A DNA stretch of 64,000 nt from a bacterium GBS-1. Its GTDB lineage: Bacteria; Synergistota; GBS-1. Each line of letters begins with the position of its first letter. Positions within the stretch are counted from its first letter, which is position 1. Position numbers and translations under genes: made by a program. This document shows positions 1 through 9,198 of the stretch, in pieces. The notes below the pieces were generated by a model. It was not told where the DNA came from, did not search any database, and saw only the letters and a list, made by a program, of their open reading frames with translations. The stretch spans positions 142,792-206,791 of the forward strand of contig LEKQ01000001.1 in the NCBI GenBank assembly GCA_001443005.1. The letters run 5' to 3'.

Positions 1-971
1 ACCTGGGTACGGAAAACTGCTATGAGATCTTGAGAGAGATGGAGAAGTTTCTCAAAGAAAGGGTTGAAATAAGGCCTCGCGCCAAGGTTGAAGAGATTCT
101 CATAGACAAAGATGCAAGAAAAGTCAAAGGTGTTATGTTAAAAGATGGTGAGGAAATAAAAGGAAAGTATGTAATCGTTGCTCCTGGACGATCAGGAGCC
201 AGTTGGCTCGAGGAACAGGCTCGCAAACTAAATCTTGGTCTAGAGCGCAACCCCGTTGATATAGGAGTAAGGATAGAAGTCCCTGCGGCCATTATGGAAG
301 ATCTAACAAATACATTCTACGAAGCAAAGCTCGTATATTACTCAAGGTCCTTTGATGATAAGGTAAGAACATTTTGTATGTGTCCTCATGGCGAAGTCGT
401 TGTAGAGTGGAATGAAGAAGAGAAGGTTCTGTCCGTAAATGGACACAGCTATAGGAACAAGAAAACAGATAAAACTAACTTTGCCATTCTTGTGAGTACA
501 TCATTCACAGAACCTTTTCATGAACCAAATCTTTATGGAAGTCATGTTGCAAGACTCGCAAACATGATCAGCGGAAGCGTGATAGTACAGAGACTTGGAG
601 ACCTTTTGAATGGAAGGAGGTCAACTTATGAGAGAATAAGCAGGGGAGTCATTGAACCATCACTAAGAGAAGCGGTACCCGGTGATTTAAGTTTCGTCTT
701 ACCCTTCAGATATCTCCAAAATATAAAAGAGATGCTTGAAGCCATGGATAAACTTACCCCAGGAATATTCTCTCCCTTCACACTCCTTTATGGTGTTGAA
801 GTAAAGTTCTATTCCTCAAAGATAAAGCTCTCTCCAGTTTTAGAAACGGAAGTCCAAAATCTCTTCGCAGGAGGAGACGGCGCTGGGATAACAAGAGGAT
901 TAATGCAGGCCTCCATTTCAGGCATTATAATAGGTCGAGAGATTTTGCGCAGGGAAGCGATTAAGCCTTAA
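1..971 (+). CDS. FAD-dependent protein (COG2509-like NAD(FAD)-utilizing dehydrogenase), 5' truncated by window edge
   Basis: The ORF runs in-frame from the window start to the stop at 971. The GGDGAG motif near the C-terminus is typical of the FAD-dependent protein C-terminal domain family. Confidence 0.6.
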   Translation, partial: LGTENCYEILREMEKFLKERVEIRPRAKVEEILIDKDARKVKGVMLKDGEEIKGKYVIVAPGRSGASWLEEQARKLNLGLERNPVDIGVRIEVPAAIMEDLTNTFYEAKLVYYSRSFDDKVRTFCMCPHGEVVVEWNEEEKVLSVNGHSYRNKKTDKTNFAILVSTSFTEPFHEPNLYGSHVARLANMISGSVIVQRLGDLLNGRRSTYERISRGVIEPSLREAVPGDLSFVLPFRYLQNIKEMLEAMDKLTPGIFSPFTLLYGVEVKFYSSKIKLSPVLETEVQNLFAGGDGAGITRGLMQASISGIIIGREILRREAIKP

Positions 972-983
972 AGAGGAAAAGAA

Positions 984-1142
984 ATGCGAAGAGATATCAT
1001 AATTTTCGTGATTTTTGCTTTAAGTTTAATATTCCTCCTTTACCTCTTGGTAGAGTTTTATACTCCAAATGTGGGAGATAGATTCAGGTTCATCATAGAT
1101 CTCTTAGTTAAAAAACAACTTTGGAGGGAAAGCTTCCGCTAA
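984..1142 (+). CDS. small hypothetical membrane protein (52 aa)
   Basis: ATG at 984 is preceded by a GAGGAAAAG SD-like sequence. Translation MRRDIIIFVIFALSLIFLLYLL gives one hydrophobic helix. The ORF is below the track cutoff. Confidence 0.3.
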   Translation: MRRDIIIFVIFALSLIFLLYLLVEFYTPNVGDRFRFIIDLLVKKQLWRESFR

Positions 1143-1155
1143 AAACTGGGTAAAG

Positions 1156-3204
1156 GTGGTGTTCCCCATAACCAAAAGGGGTAGGATAACTTTCTTTCTA
1201 TTTTTACTCACCCTTTTAATCTTATCCGAAGTAGAAGGATCAATGCCATTAAAAAGCCCTTTACCTCTTCCTGGTTTACTTCCGCCTGAGCAGATCGGCA
1301 CACCAAGGACTATCAAAAGAGAGCCACAAAAGGCCTTGGAAGAGTTTAAAAATGCTCTGGAACTCTTTTGGAACGGACGGTATGACGAAGCCCTAAATGG
1401 ATTCGACAAAGTGATCAAAGCGGACCTTTACGCTTTAGAGCCATATTACTGGAAAGGGATAATTTACTTAAGAAAGGGGCTAATAGAAGAAGCCAAAAAG
1501 ATGTTCCAATACTATCTTGAAGTTAAACCAGCCGAACTTAGAGCTATAAGAGCTTTAGATAGAGCAAAAAAGATCTCTTTCCCTGTCCTAAACCTACCCG
1601 AAGCCCTTTATCCTAAATCTCATAGAGCTGTAAACCCTTTTGTAGGGCTCCGAGAGAAAAGAGGGTTCTTTGAGAGCCTAAAAGTCCATCTTTTTTTCCC
1701 TATATATAATCCATCTGCTATCGCCATAGGACCTGATGAAAATCTATACATAGCTGACTTTGGAAGTGGAAGTATACTCATAATTTCCAGAGAAGGAATT
1801 CCCATAGGATCTTGGAGAGGGCTTAAAAACCCTTCGGGCATAGCCATATCATTGGATGGGAGGGTTTATGTATCCGATTTCTCAGAGAGCAAGATCCTCG
1901 TCTTTGACTTGTCTGGCAAGCTTATCATGACATTCGGTGAAGGTGAGATACTCAATCCGCAGGGAATCAATATAGACCCCTATGGATATATATATGTCTG
2001 TGATTGGGGAAACCATCGTATCTGTAAATATACCTTGGACGGAAAACTAGTAAGAACAATAGGAGAAGGATATTTATGGGAACCTCTTGCCGTATGCATC
2101 GATGATAGAGGAGATATTTGGGTTTCTGATGGAAACGAAAGATGCATATATAAGTTTGGCTGGGATGGACTATTTAAGGGAAAGCTTCTAGAGGATGTCT
2201 TTTCAAGAGGGCTATTCGTAGATTTTAGGAGCAGAATTGGAGTTATTGACGAAGAAAGAAAAAGCCTATTTTTAATAGATAAGGACAAAGTCGTAGAAAA
2301 GATAAACCTCTCAAAGCTTTCAAGTCCTTCTTCTATTTCTAACGATAGCTTTGGAAACCTATTTTTAACAGACTTCGACAATATCTCCCTTTATAGAATA
2401 GATACGCCTTTTCTTTCAGAAAACATTGAAATCAGAATATCCAAGATAAACCAAAAAGAAGATTCAGAAAGAGAGGTAGAAATAGAGGTATCTCAGGGGT
2501 GGTATCCCTTACCGTTAGAGCGCATCGGACTATCCAGTCGAATAATAGAGGATGACTGGATCATCGAACCAAACTCAGTAGAGGAAATAGATAAGCCCCT
2601 AATCATAGGGGTTATAATAGACCCCAATTTTGAAGGTGAAGGAGAAGATTTGCTTAACCTTCTGAAGAATAAGCTCCCAGTCGTAGACAGAGGTTTCGTA
2701 AAGGGGGCTTTTACTTCTCCAGAGCTCCCTCCGAATAGATGGAAATGGGAAAGAAATAAAGAGCCTTTTGATGGGGTTAGACTATTGCAAAACGTGATTG
2801 AAGCTTTAGTGGCAAAAGATGCAAGAAGAATCATAATCTACTGCGGAAAGCCTCCAAACATTCAAGAAGAGGAGATGAGAAGACTAGCTTATTTTGCCAG
2901 ACTGCATCAGATTAGAGTGATACTTCTTACTGATGATGAACCTCCCCCACTATGGGAAAGTCTAATAGCCTATACAGGTGGAAGAGTATGGAGAATACAA
3001 TACCTGAATAGTGAAATGCCTGTAACCCAACTCCTAAGGAGACATCCATTTGAATCCTATAAAATATCTTACACATCTATCTCCCCTGAGAAGAAAGGCT
3101 CAGGAAAGAGATATTTAAGGGTTTTTATAGAGACGCCTTTTGCACACTACGAAGATGAGGTTACCTATTACATTTGGGGAGAACCAGATAAGATACTCCG
3201 ATGA
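1156..3204 (+). CDS. secreted TPR + NHL-repeat beta-propeller protein with C-terminal alpha/beta domain
   Basis: GTG start followed by a signal peptide (KRGRITFFLFLLTLLILSEVEG). A TPR-like segment (YYWKGIIYLRKG) is followed by repeated NHL-type motifs (YIADFGSGSI, VYVSDFSESKILVFD, IYVCDWGNHRICKY). The C-terminal ~300 aa are unassigned. Confidence 0.6.
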   Translation: MVFPITKRGRITFFLFLLTLLILSEVEGSMPLKSPLPLPGLLPPEQIGTPRTIKREPQKALEEFKNALELFWNGRYDEALNGFDKVIKADLYALEPYYWKGIIYLRKGLIEEAKKMFQYYLEVKPAELRAIRALDRAKKISFPVLNLPEALYPKSHRAVNPFVGLREKRGFFESLKVHLFFPIYNPSAIAIGPDENLYIADFGSGSILIISREGIPIGSWRGLKNPSGIAISLDGRVYVSDFSESKILVFDLSGKLIMTFGEGEILNPQGINIDPYGYIYVCDWGNHRICKYTLDGKLVRTIGEGYLWEPLAVCIDDRGDIWVSDGNERCIYKFGWDGLFKGKLLEDVFSRGLFVDFRSRIGVIDEERKSLFLIDKDKVVEKINLSKLSSPSSISNDSFGNLFLTDFDNISLYRIDTPFLSENIEIRISKINQKEDSEREVEIEVSQGWYPLPLERIGLSSRIIEDDWIIEPNSVEEIDKPLIIGVIIDPNFEGEGEDLLNLLKNKLPVVDRGFVKGAFTSPELPPNRWKWERNKEPFDGVRLLQNVIEALVAKDARRIIIYCGKPPNIQEEEMRRLAYFARLHQIRVILLTDDEPPPLWESLIAYTGGRVWRIQYLNSEMPVTQLLRRHPFESYKISYTSISPEKKGSGKRYLRVFIETPFAHYEDEVTYYIWGEPDKILR

Positions 3205-3219
3205 AGGGGGGACAAAGAT

Positions 3220-4089
3220 ATGGAAATCAAGAAGGCAGTTTTTCCTGTAGCAGGACTGGGAACCAGATTTTTACCTGCTACTAAGGTTCTGCCCAAGGAA
3301 ATGCTACCACTCGTAGATAAACCTTTGGTTCAATACTCCGTAGAAGAAGCTATCTCAGTAGGAATAAATCAGCTTATACTAATAACAGGTAGGGGAAAAA
3401 GGGCCATAGAGGACTACTTTGATAGATCTTTTGAGCTTGAGCACATATTGAAAGAAAGAAAAATGGAGGATGCTCTTAAAACGATCACAGACATATCGGA
3501 AACAGCGGAATTCATATTTATTAGGCAGAAGGAACCGAAGGGGCTTGGACATGCTATACTCTGCGCTAAACCTGTGGTTGAATATGAATACTTCGCAGTT
3601 TTTTTAGCAGATGATGTTATAATAGGAGAAAAACCAGCCATATCTTTTCTACTCGACGTTTATAAAAAGTATAAGTTTAGCGTAGTGGCTCTTGAAGAGG
3701 TAACCTGGGATGAAGTTTCAAGATATGGAATAGTTCAAGTTAAGGAAATAGAACAAGACGTTTATGAAATAGTTGATTTGATAGAAAAACCAACTAAAGA
3801 TAAAGCTCCTTCAAACCTAGCTATAATAGGAAGGTATATCCTCTCACCAAAGATATTTAGATGCATAGAGAGGATAAGCTCTGGAGTTGGAGGTGAAATC
3901 CAACTAACAGATGCTATGAAGCTTCTGCTTGAAGAAGAACCCATTTACGGTGTTAAATATAAAGGGAGAAGGTATGATTGCGGTACCATAGAGAGCTTCA
4001 TAAAAGCTACAGTAGAGTTAGCCTTAGAGCACGAAAAGTTAGGCAAAGACTTCAGGTTTTTTCTTGAAAAATTGATTCAAAGGCGGTGA
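3220..4089 (+). CDS. galU: UTP--glucose-1-phosphate uridylyltransferase
   Basis: N-terminus KKAVFPVAGLGTRFLPATKVLPKEMLPLVDKP is the canonical GalU signature. Length is 289 aa. Confidence 0.9.
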   Translation: MEIKKAVFPVAGLGTRFLPATKVLPKEMLPLVDKPLVQYSVEEAISVGINQLILITGRGKRAIEDYFDRSFELEHILKERKMEDALKTITDISETAEFIFIRQKEPKGLGHAILCAKPVVEYEYFAVFLADDVIIGEKPAISFLLDVYKKYKFSVVALEEVTWDEVSRYGIVQVKEIEQDVYEIVDLIEKPTKDKAPSNLAIIGRYILSPKIFRCIERISSGVGGEIQLTDAMKLLLEEEPIYGVKYKGRRYDCGTIESFIKATVELALEHEKLGKDFRFFLEKLIQRR

Positions 4090-4096
4090 ATAAGCT

Positions 4097-5920
4097 ATGT
4101 GCGGAATAATAGGGTATATAGGTTATAGGAACGCAACTCCTATACTTCTTGAAGGGCTATACAGATTAGAATATAGAGGTTATGACTCTGCGGGAATAGC
4201 TATTCTCTCAGACAGTAGGATAAAGGTAGTTAAAACAGCTGGGAAGATTAAGGATTTAGAAAAACTCGTCAAAGAAGAAGATATGATAGGGAGTTCTGGA
4301 ATCGGCCATACTCGCTGGGCTACTCACGGCAGTCCAACCGACGCAAACGCTCACCCTCACTTAGACAAAACTGGAAGATTTGCTATAGTCCATAACGGAA
4401 TCATAGAAAACTATAAAGAACTCAAAAGCGAACTTCAAACAGAAGGAGTTCACTTCACTTCCGAAACAGATACAGAGGTTATAGTCCAGCTTATAAGCAA
4501 GTACTACAGCGGAAATCTTGAGGAAGCCGTTGCTCGCACATTAAAAAGGCTTGATGGTTCCTATGCTATTGCGGTCCTATCCACTGAAGAACCCCGAAAA
4601 TTAGTAGCAGCTCGCTTAGGAAGCCCTCTCGTTCTAGGTGTAGGGGAGGGAGAAATGTTCCTCGCTTCAGATGTTCCAGCGATATTGCCTTATACTAGAA
4701 AGGTAGTATATGTGGAAGACCGCGAAATCGTAGTTATAGAAGAATCTAGCTGGTGGGTTTTTGACATCAATGGAAATTATAAGACAAAACAGATCTACTT
4801 TGTTGACTGGGACAGCTCTATGGTTTCCCGAGGCGGTTATAAACACTATATGCTTAAAGAAATAAACGAACAAGGAAGCGTCGTCAGAAACACTCTTAAA
4901 GGAAGACTGAAAGAAAACAACATAGATTTAAGCGAACTTGAAATAGAAAAGGAACTCATTCACAACATAGACAAGATTTTCATCGTAGCTTGTGGAACAT
5001 CTTACCACGCTGGCCTGGTAGGGAAACATCTATTTGAAAGATGGGCAAAAATTCCCACAGAAGTTGATATTGCCTCAGAGTTCAGATACAGGGACCCTAT
5101 GATATCCCCAAAAAGTTTAACCATAGCCATATCCCAATCTGGAGAGACCGCAGATACACTCGCTGGTCTGAGAGAAGCTAAAGCCAAGGGGTCTTTTTCC
5201 ATAGCGCTAGCTAACGTACAGGGGAGCACTATAACCAGAGAAGCTCACAGAACCCTTTATCTTAAGGCTGGTCCTGAAATAGGCGTAGCCTCAACCAAAG
5301 CTTTTACCGCTCAGCTTTCTGCTTTATACCTTTTAGCACTTTGGTTCGCTGACGTCAGGAACACGATAAGTGAAACTCAAAAGGAAGCTATTATAAGAGA
5401 ACTCTGGCAGCTTCCATATCACATCGAGGCTTGCTTAGCTTTCGCTCCCCAAGTTAAAGAGTTAGCTCAGAAATATTATCACTACAGCAACTTCTTATAT
5501 CTGGCGAGAGGAATCAACTACCCAATTGCAATGGAAGGAGCTTTAAAGCTTAAGGAGATATCTTACATACACGCAGAAGCCTACGCTGCTGGGGAAATGA
5601 AGCACGGTCCTATAGCGCTTATAGACGAGCTAATGCCTGTCCTGGTGTTGGTTCCGAGGGATAGGCTCTATGCCAAAGTCCTAAGCAACATCCAAGAAGC
5701 TAAAGCGAGAAAAGCAAAGCTAATAGCAGTTGCTACAGAAGGAGATGATGCTATAAAGTCTTTTGCCACCGATATATTGTACGTTCCTGAAGTCCCTGAG
5801 GAATTTTACCCGATAGTAAACGTTATCCCGTTACAGCTCTTTGCCTATTATGTTGCCGACATATTAGGGAGAGAGATAGACCAACCAAGAAACTTAGCAA
5901 AGAGTGTTACAGTGGAGTAA
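4097..5920 (+). CDS. glmS: glutamine--fructose-6-phosphate aminotransferase
   Basis: MCGIIGYIGY N-terminal nucleophile Cys. Two SIS domains. 607 aa. C-terminal ...SVTVE is typical. Confidence 0.95.
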   Translation: MCGIIGYIGYRNATPILLEGLYRLEYRGYDSAGIAILSDSRIKVVKTAGKIKDLEKLVKEEDMIGSSGIGHTRWATHGSPTDANAHPHLDKTGRFAIVHNGIIENYKELKSELQTEGVHFTSETDTEVIVQLISKYYSGNLEEAVARTLKRLDGSYAIAVLSTEEPRKLVAARLGSPLVLGVGEGEMFLASDVPAILPYTRKVVYVEDREIVVIEESSWWVFDINGNYKTKQIYFVDWDSSMVSRGGYKHYMLKEINEQGSVVRNTLKGRLKENNIDLSELEIEKELIHNIDKIFIVACGTSYHAGLVGKHLFERWAKIPTEVDIASEFRYRDPMISPKSLTIAISQSGETADTLAGLREAKAKGSFSIALANVQGSTITREAHRTLYLKAGPEIGVASTKAFTAQLSALYLLALWFADVRNTISETQKEAIIRELWQLPYHIEACLAFAPQVKELAQKYYHYSNFLYLARGINYPIAMEGALKLKEISYIHAEAYAAGEMKHGPIALIDELMPVLVLVPRDRLYAKVLSNIQEAKARKAKLIAVATEGDDAIKSFATDILYVPEVPEEFYPIVNVIPLQLFAYYVADILGREIDQPRNLAKSVTVE

Positions 5921-5946
5921 ACTCCAAGGCTAAGGAGGTGAGAGAT

Positions 5947-7110
5947 ATGCCAGAACTAGCCATAATAGGCGCTGGACCAGCAGGCTTAACGTCGGCTATC
6001 TATGCAGCCAGAGCCTTACTTGATGTAGAGGTGTACGAAAAGGGACTCATAGGTGGACAAGTAGCAACCGCAACGCATGTAGAGAACTATCCTGGGTTTC
6101 CCGATGGGATCGAAGGAGTTGAACTTATAGAGAAGATGAAAAAACAGGCAGAATCCTTCGGGGCCAAGATAATATTTTCAGAGATCAAGAAGATAAACTG
6201 GCAAGATAGAAAACTCATGACGACAAGGGGAGAAGTTGAAACAGAAGCATTGATAATCGCTTCTGGAACCTCTCCTCGAGAACTTGGAGTAAAAGGAGAA
6301 AGAGAATTTAAGGGGAAAGGGGTCTCCTATTGTGCTGTATGCGATGGCGCGTTTTACACCGACGAAGAGGTTGCTGTAGTCGGGGGAGGAAACACAGCTG
6401 TGGAAGAAGCCCTTTACCTAACAAAGTTCGCATCAAAAGTTTATTTGATCCATAGAAGAGATTTGCTAAGGGCAGAGCGCATCCTTCAGGAGAGGCTCTT
6501 CTCTAACCCCAAAATAGAGGTACTATGGAACACTGTAGTCAGAGAGATAAAAGGAGATAACTTCATAAAAAGCATCGTTATAGAAAACTTAGTTACTGGA
6601 GAGCTAAAAGAACTTAACATCTCTGGGATATTCATCTACATAGGGTTAAAACCCAACACATCCTTTGTAGAAGGGTTGCTAAAACTCGACAAGGATGGTT
6701 TCATCTTGACAAATGAAGACATGGAAACTTCCGTAGAGGGAATATTCGCTGCAGGCGATGTGAGATCTAAAACTCTAAGGCAAATAGCAACTGCAGTAGG
6801 AGATGGTGCTATAGCTGCAATCTCAGCTGAAAAATACATAAGAGAACAAAAACATATAGAAGAAAGCATCTTTTCTACCGGCAGAAAATACGTCTTCGTA
6901 TTTGACCCATTAGATGAGCTTAATAGAAAGCTCAAGAAGAACCCTCCCTCAGAAAAGATCGTCATTCTTGATAAATATAAGCATTCTAAACTCATTTCCA
7001 AACTTGGCTTGGAAAGCTTCCCGGCCCTACTAATATTTGAAAATAACAAATTGATCTTTAAGAAAGAACCCCTGTTAAGCTGGGAAGAGGTTGAAATAAA
7101 AGACGTTTAA
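5947..7110 (+). CDS. trxB: thioredoxin-disulfide reductase fused to a C-terminal cysteine-free thioredoxin-like domain
   Basis: GAGPAG FAD motif and CAVCDG redox centre are present. ATG at 5947 has AAGGAGGTG 6 nt upstream. About 75 extra C-terminal residues show a Trx-fold pattern (FPALLIFEN) but carry no Cys. Confidence 0.85.
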   Translation: MPELAIIGAGPAGLTSAIYAARALLDVEVYEKGLIGGQVATATHVENYPGFPDGIEGVELIEKMKKQAESFGAKIIFSEIKKINWQDRKLMTTRGEVETEALIIASGTSPRELGVKGEREFKGKGVSYCAVCDGAFYTDEEVAVVGGGNTAVEEALYLTKFASKVYLIHRRDLLRAERILQERLFSNPKIEVLWNTVVREIKGDNFIKSIVIENLVTGELKELNISGIFIYIGLKPNTSFVEGLLKLDKDGFILTNEDMETSVEGIFAAGDVRSKTLRQIATAVGDGAIAAISAEKYIREQKHIEESIFSTGRKYVFVFDPLDELNRKLKKNPPSEKIVILDKYKHSKLISKLGLESFPALLIFENNKLIFKKEPLLSWEEVEIKDV

Positions 7111-7144
7111 AGGAAAACCTTTCCTATAAAAGGAGGGAAAAGAT

Positions 7145-7570
7145 ATGAAAGCGGAACTATTTGCCCTCTTAACTGCAGCGTGTTGGGGTATCGGAAGTTT
7201 TTTTGAAAAGAAGGGACTTGCCCTTGGGAACCTTCCTCCCTTTGTCGGGGCAACAATAAGAACATCAATCTCTCTTATAATACTTCTTTTCTTAGCGTGG
7301 CCAAATATACAAGTAGCATTTAAAACGGGATGGAAACCCATCTTACTTGTCGCCTTTGGGGGAGGCTTCCTCGCAGGAGCCATGGGCATAGCTTTGTTCT
7401 ACACTGCTCTTAAAGCCGGTAGCATAGGAAGGGTCCTCCCCATAGCTTTTACCTCTCCCTTGTTTGGTGTGCTAATAGGATTCCTCTTTGGCACAGAAAC
7501 CCTATCTATTAAGAACCTATTAGGCATGACACTTACAATTGCTGGTATAGTTACTCTAACCCTTAAATAA
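7145..7570 (+). CDS. small EamA/DMT-family membrane protein (4 TM)
   Basis: 141 aa with four hydrophobic helices, resembling a half-size EamA domain. Confidence 0.55.
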   Translation: MKAELFALLTAACWGIGSFFEKKGLALGNLPPFVGATIRTSISLIILLFLAWPNIQVAFKTGWKPILLVAFGGGFLAGAMGIALFYTALKAGSIGRVLPIAFTSPLFGVLIGFLFGTETLSIKNLLGMTLTIAGIVTLTLK

Positions 7571-7585
7571 AAGGAGGGGAAAGAA

Positions 7586-8281
7586 CTGAAGAAGAAGATC
7601 CTTATCGTTTGCAGGGGTAATACCTGTAGAAGTCCGATGGCGGAAGCCTTGATGAAGAAGCTCTTATCCAACGAAAATATAGAGATAACATCTGCTGGCT
7701 TAAGCGCCATTGATGGAATGGAAGCCTCACGTTGGGCTCAAGAGGTAATGCAAGAAAGGGGAATAGACATAAGTCAACACAGAGCAAGAAACTTATCTGA
7801 AAAAGACGTTGAGGAAGCAGACCTGATATTAACAATGAGCTTATCCCAAAAGAGAGAGATAATAGAGAGATTCCCATCAGTTAAGGACAAAGTTTTTCTC
7901 ATAACCGAGTTAGCTTTCCCTGGAATCTCCAGTGCTATAATGGAATATGAAAGGCTGTTTGAGAGAATCCAACAAGAGAAGGAGCGCCTACTAAGTTTAG
8001 AAAGGGATAGGCTCGAAGCACTTAAAAGAAGATATGAAGAGCTTAAGAAAGAGTTGATGGCAACAGAGAGAGAAATCTCTTTGATACTATCGCGAATCGA
8101 AGATCAGCTCTATCCCCAACTCATGCAGCTGCGAAGGCTAGAAGAAAAACTCTCGATGTATGAGATACAGGATCCCTATGGAAAGGGAAAAGAGGTTTAT
8201 GAAAAAGTAGCTCAAGATCTAGAAGATATACTAAAGTTGGTCTCTAAAAGGCTTAAGGAAGAGTGGTTTCCAAACCGATAA
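7586..8281 (+). CDS. low-molecular-weight protein tyrosine phosphatase with ~65-aa coiled-coil insertion; apparent CTG start
   Basis: The CX5R P-loop (VCRGNTCRSPMAEA) lies upstream of the first ATG. In-frame CTG at 7586 is preceded by AAGGAGGGG with 6-nt spacing. The DPYGKG D-loop is found only after an ERLFERIQQEKERLL... heptad-rich insert. Confidence 0.7.
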   Translation: MKKKILIVCRGNTCRSPMAEALMKKLLSNENIEITSAGLSAIDGMEASRWAQEVMQERGIDISQHRARNLSEKDVEEADLILTMSLSQKREIIERFPSVKDKVFLITELAFPGISSAIMEYERLFERIQQEKERLLSLERDRLEALKRRYEELKKELMATEREISLILSRIEDQLYPQLMQLRRLEEKLSMYEIQDPYGKGKEVYEKVAQDLEDILKLVSKRLKEEWFPNR

Positions 8282-8306
8282 AATAATGGGATTGGGATGA
8301 TGGGAA

Positions 8307-8729
8307 ATGAAAGCTTATGAGCAGTATCGCCAGACGCAGATTCAAACGGCGAAACCCGAACAGCTCCTTTTAATGCTCTATGATGGGGCTATAAGTTTTC
8401 TTAAAAAAGCTAAGGTGGCCATAAAAAATAAGAATATTGAAGAAGCACACACTTTCTTAATAAGGGTTCAGGATATCCTAATAGAGCTTATGTCTTCCCT
8501 TAATATGGATGTTGGAGATATAGCAAAAAACCTTTTCAGGCTATATGAGTATATGCACTATCGTTTAGTCGAAGCGAACATCAAAAAGGATGAGAAACCT
8601 ATAGATGAAGTTTTATTCATGCTTCAAGAGCTTAAAGATGCTTGGGAAACAGCTATTAAGAAGCTAAAGGAAGAAAAACCAGGAACAGCACAAACACCCC
8701 TGAAGGGGGGACTTAATATTGCAGGATAA
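8307..8729 (+). CDS. fliS: flagellar export chaperone FliS
   Basis: YRQTQIQTAKPEQLLLMLYDGAISFLKKAK...AHTFLIRVQDILIELMSSLNMD closely matches the FliS family. Confidence 0.8.
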   Translation: MKAYEQYRQTQIQTAKPEQLLLMLYDGAISFLKKAKVAIKNKNIEEAHTFLIRVQDILIELMSSLNMDVGDIAKNLFRLYEYMHYRLVEANIKKDEKPIDEVLFMLQELKDAWETAIKKLKEEKPGTAQTPLKGGLNIAG

Positions 8730-9198
8730 AGAAAAGCGTATATTAGAGATACTACAAAAGGAGCTCGAACTTTACAACTCCCTTGAAGTGCTCGTCAAAG
8801 AACAAGAAAGAAAAATAGAAGAATCCGATATAGAAGGCTTATTAAAGATCATAAGTAAAAAGCAAACATTAATATCGGAACAGGAGAGATTGGACGAAGA
8901 GCTTGAAAAGATGCAAGTCAGCTTATCTAATCCAATCGAAGCTAACCGTAATAAGCTTTCCATCTTAAATCTAGTCTCCGAAGGGGTTAAGGAAGATGTA
9001 GAAAAACTAATGAACCTGATAAAAGAGAAAATCCTAAAAATCCTTGAAGCAGAAAATAAATCGCGGGAAAAACTATCCCTTGAAATCGAGAAAGTAAGAG
9101 AAGCTCTCAAAAATATTAAGAATGGGAAAAAACTAATAAACAAGTACTATGGAAATACTGGGCTTCAAGAGCCCAAATTTATAGACCAACGCAAATGA
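8719..9198 (+). CDS. hypothetical coiled-coil protein, possible FliT/FlgN-like flagellar chaperone
   Basis: 159 aa, highly charged and helical. Lies immediately downstream of fliS and overlaps it, the usual position of fliT/flgN. Confidence 0.4.
   Translation: MQDKEKRILEILQKELELYNSLEVLVKEQERKIEESDIEGLLKIISKKQTLISEQERLDEELEKMQVSLSNPIEANRNKLSILNLVSEGVKEDVEKLMNLIKEKILKILEAENKSREKLSLEIEKVREALKNIKNGKKLINKYYGNTGLQEPKFIDQRK

Noticed and set aside
8772-9143. 123-aa minus-strand ORF opposite the FliT/FlgN-like gene
   Set aside because: It is antisense to a charged coiled-coil gene. Such sequences generate spurious Ser/Phe-rich ORFs. No SD is present.
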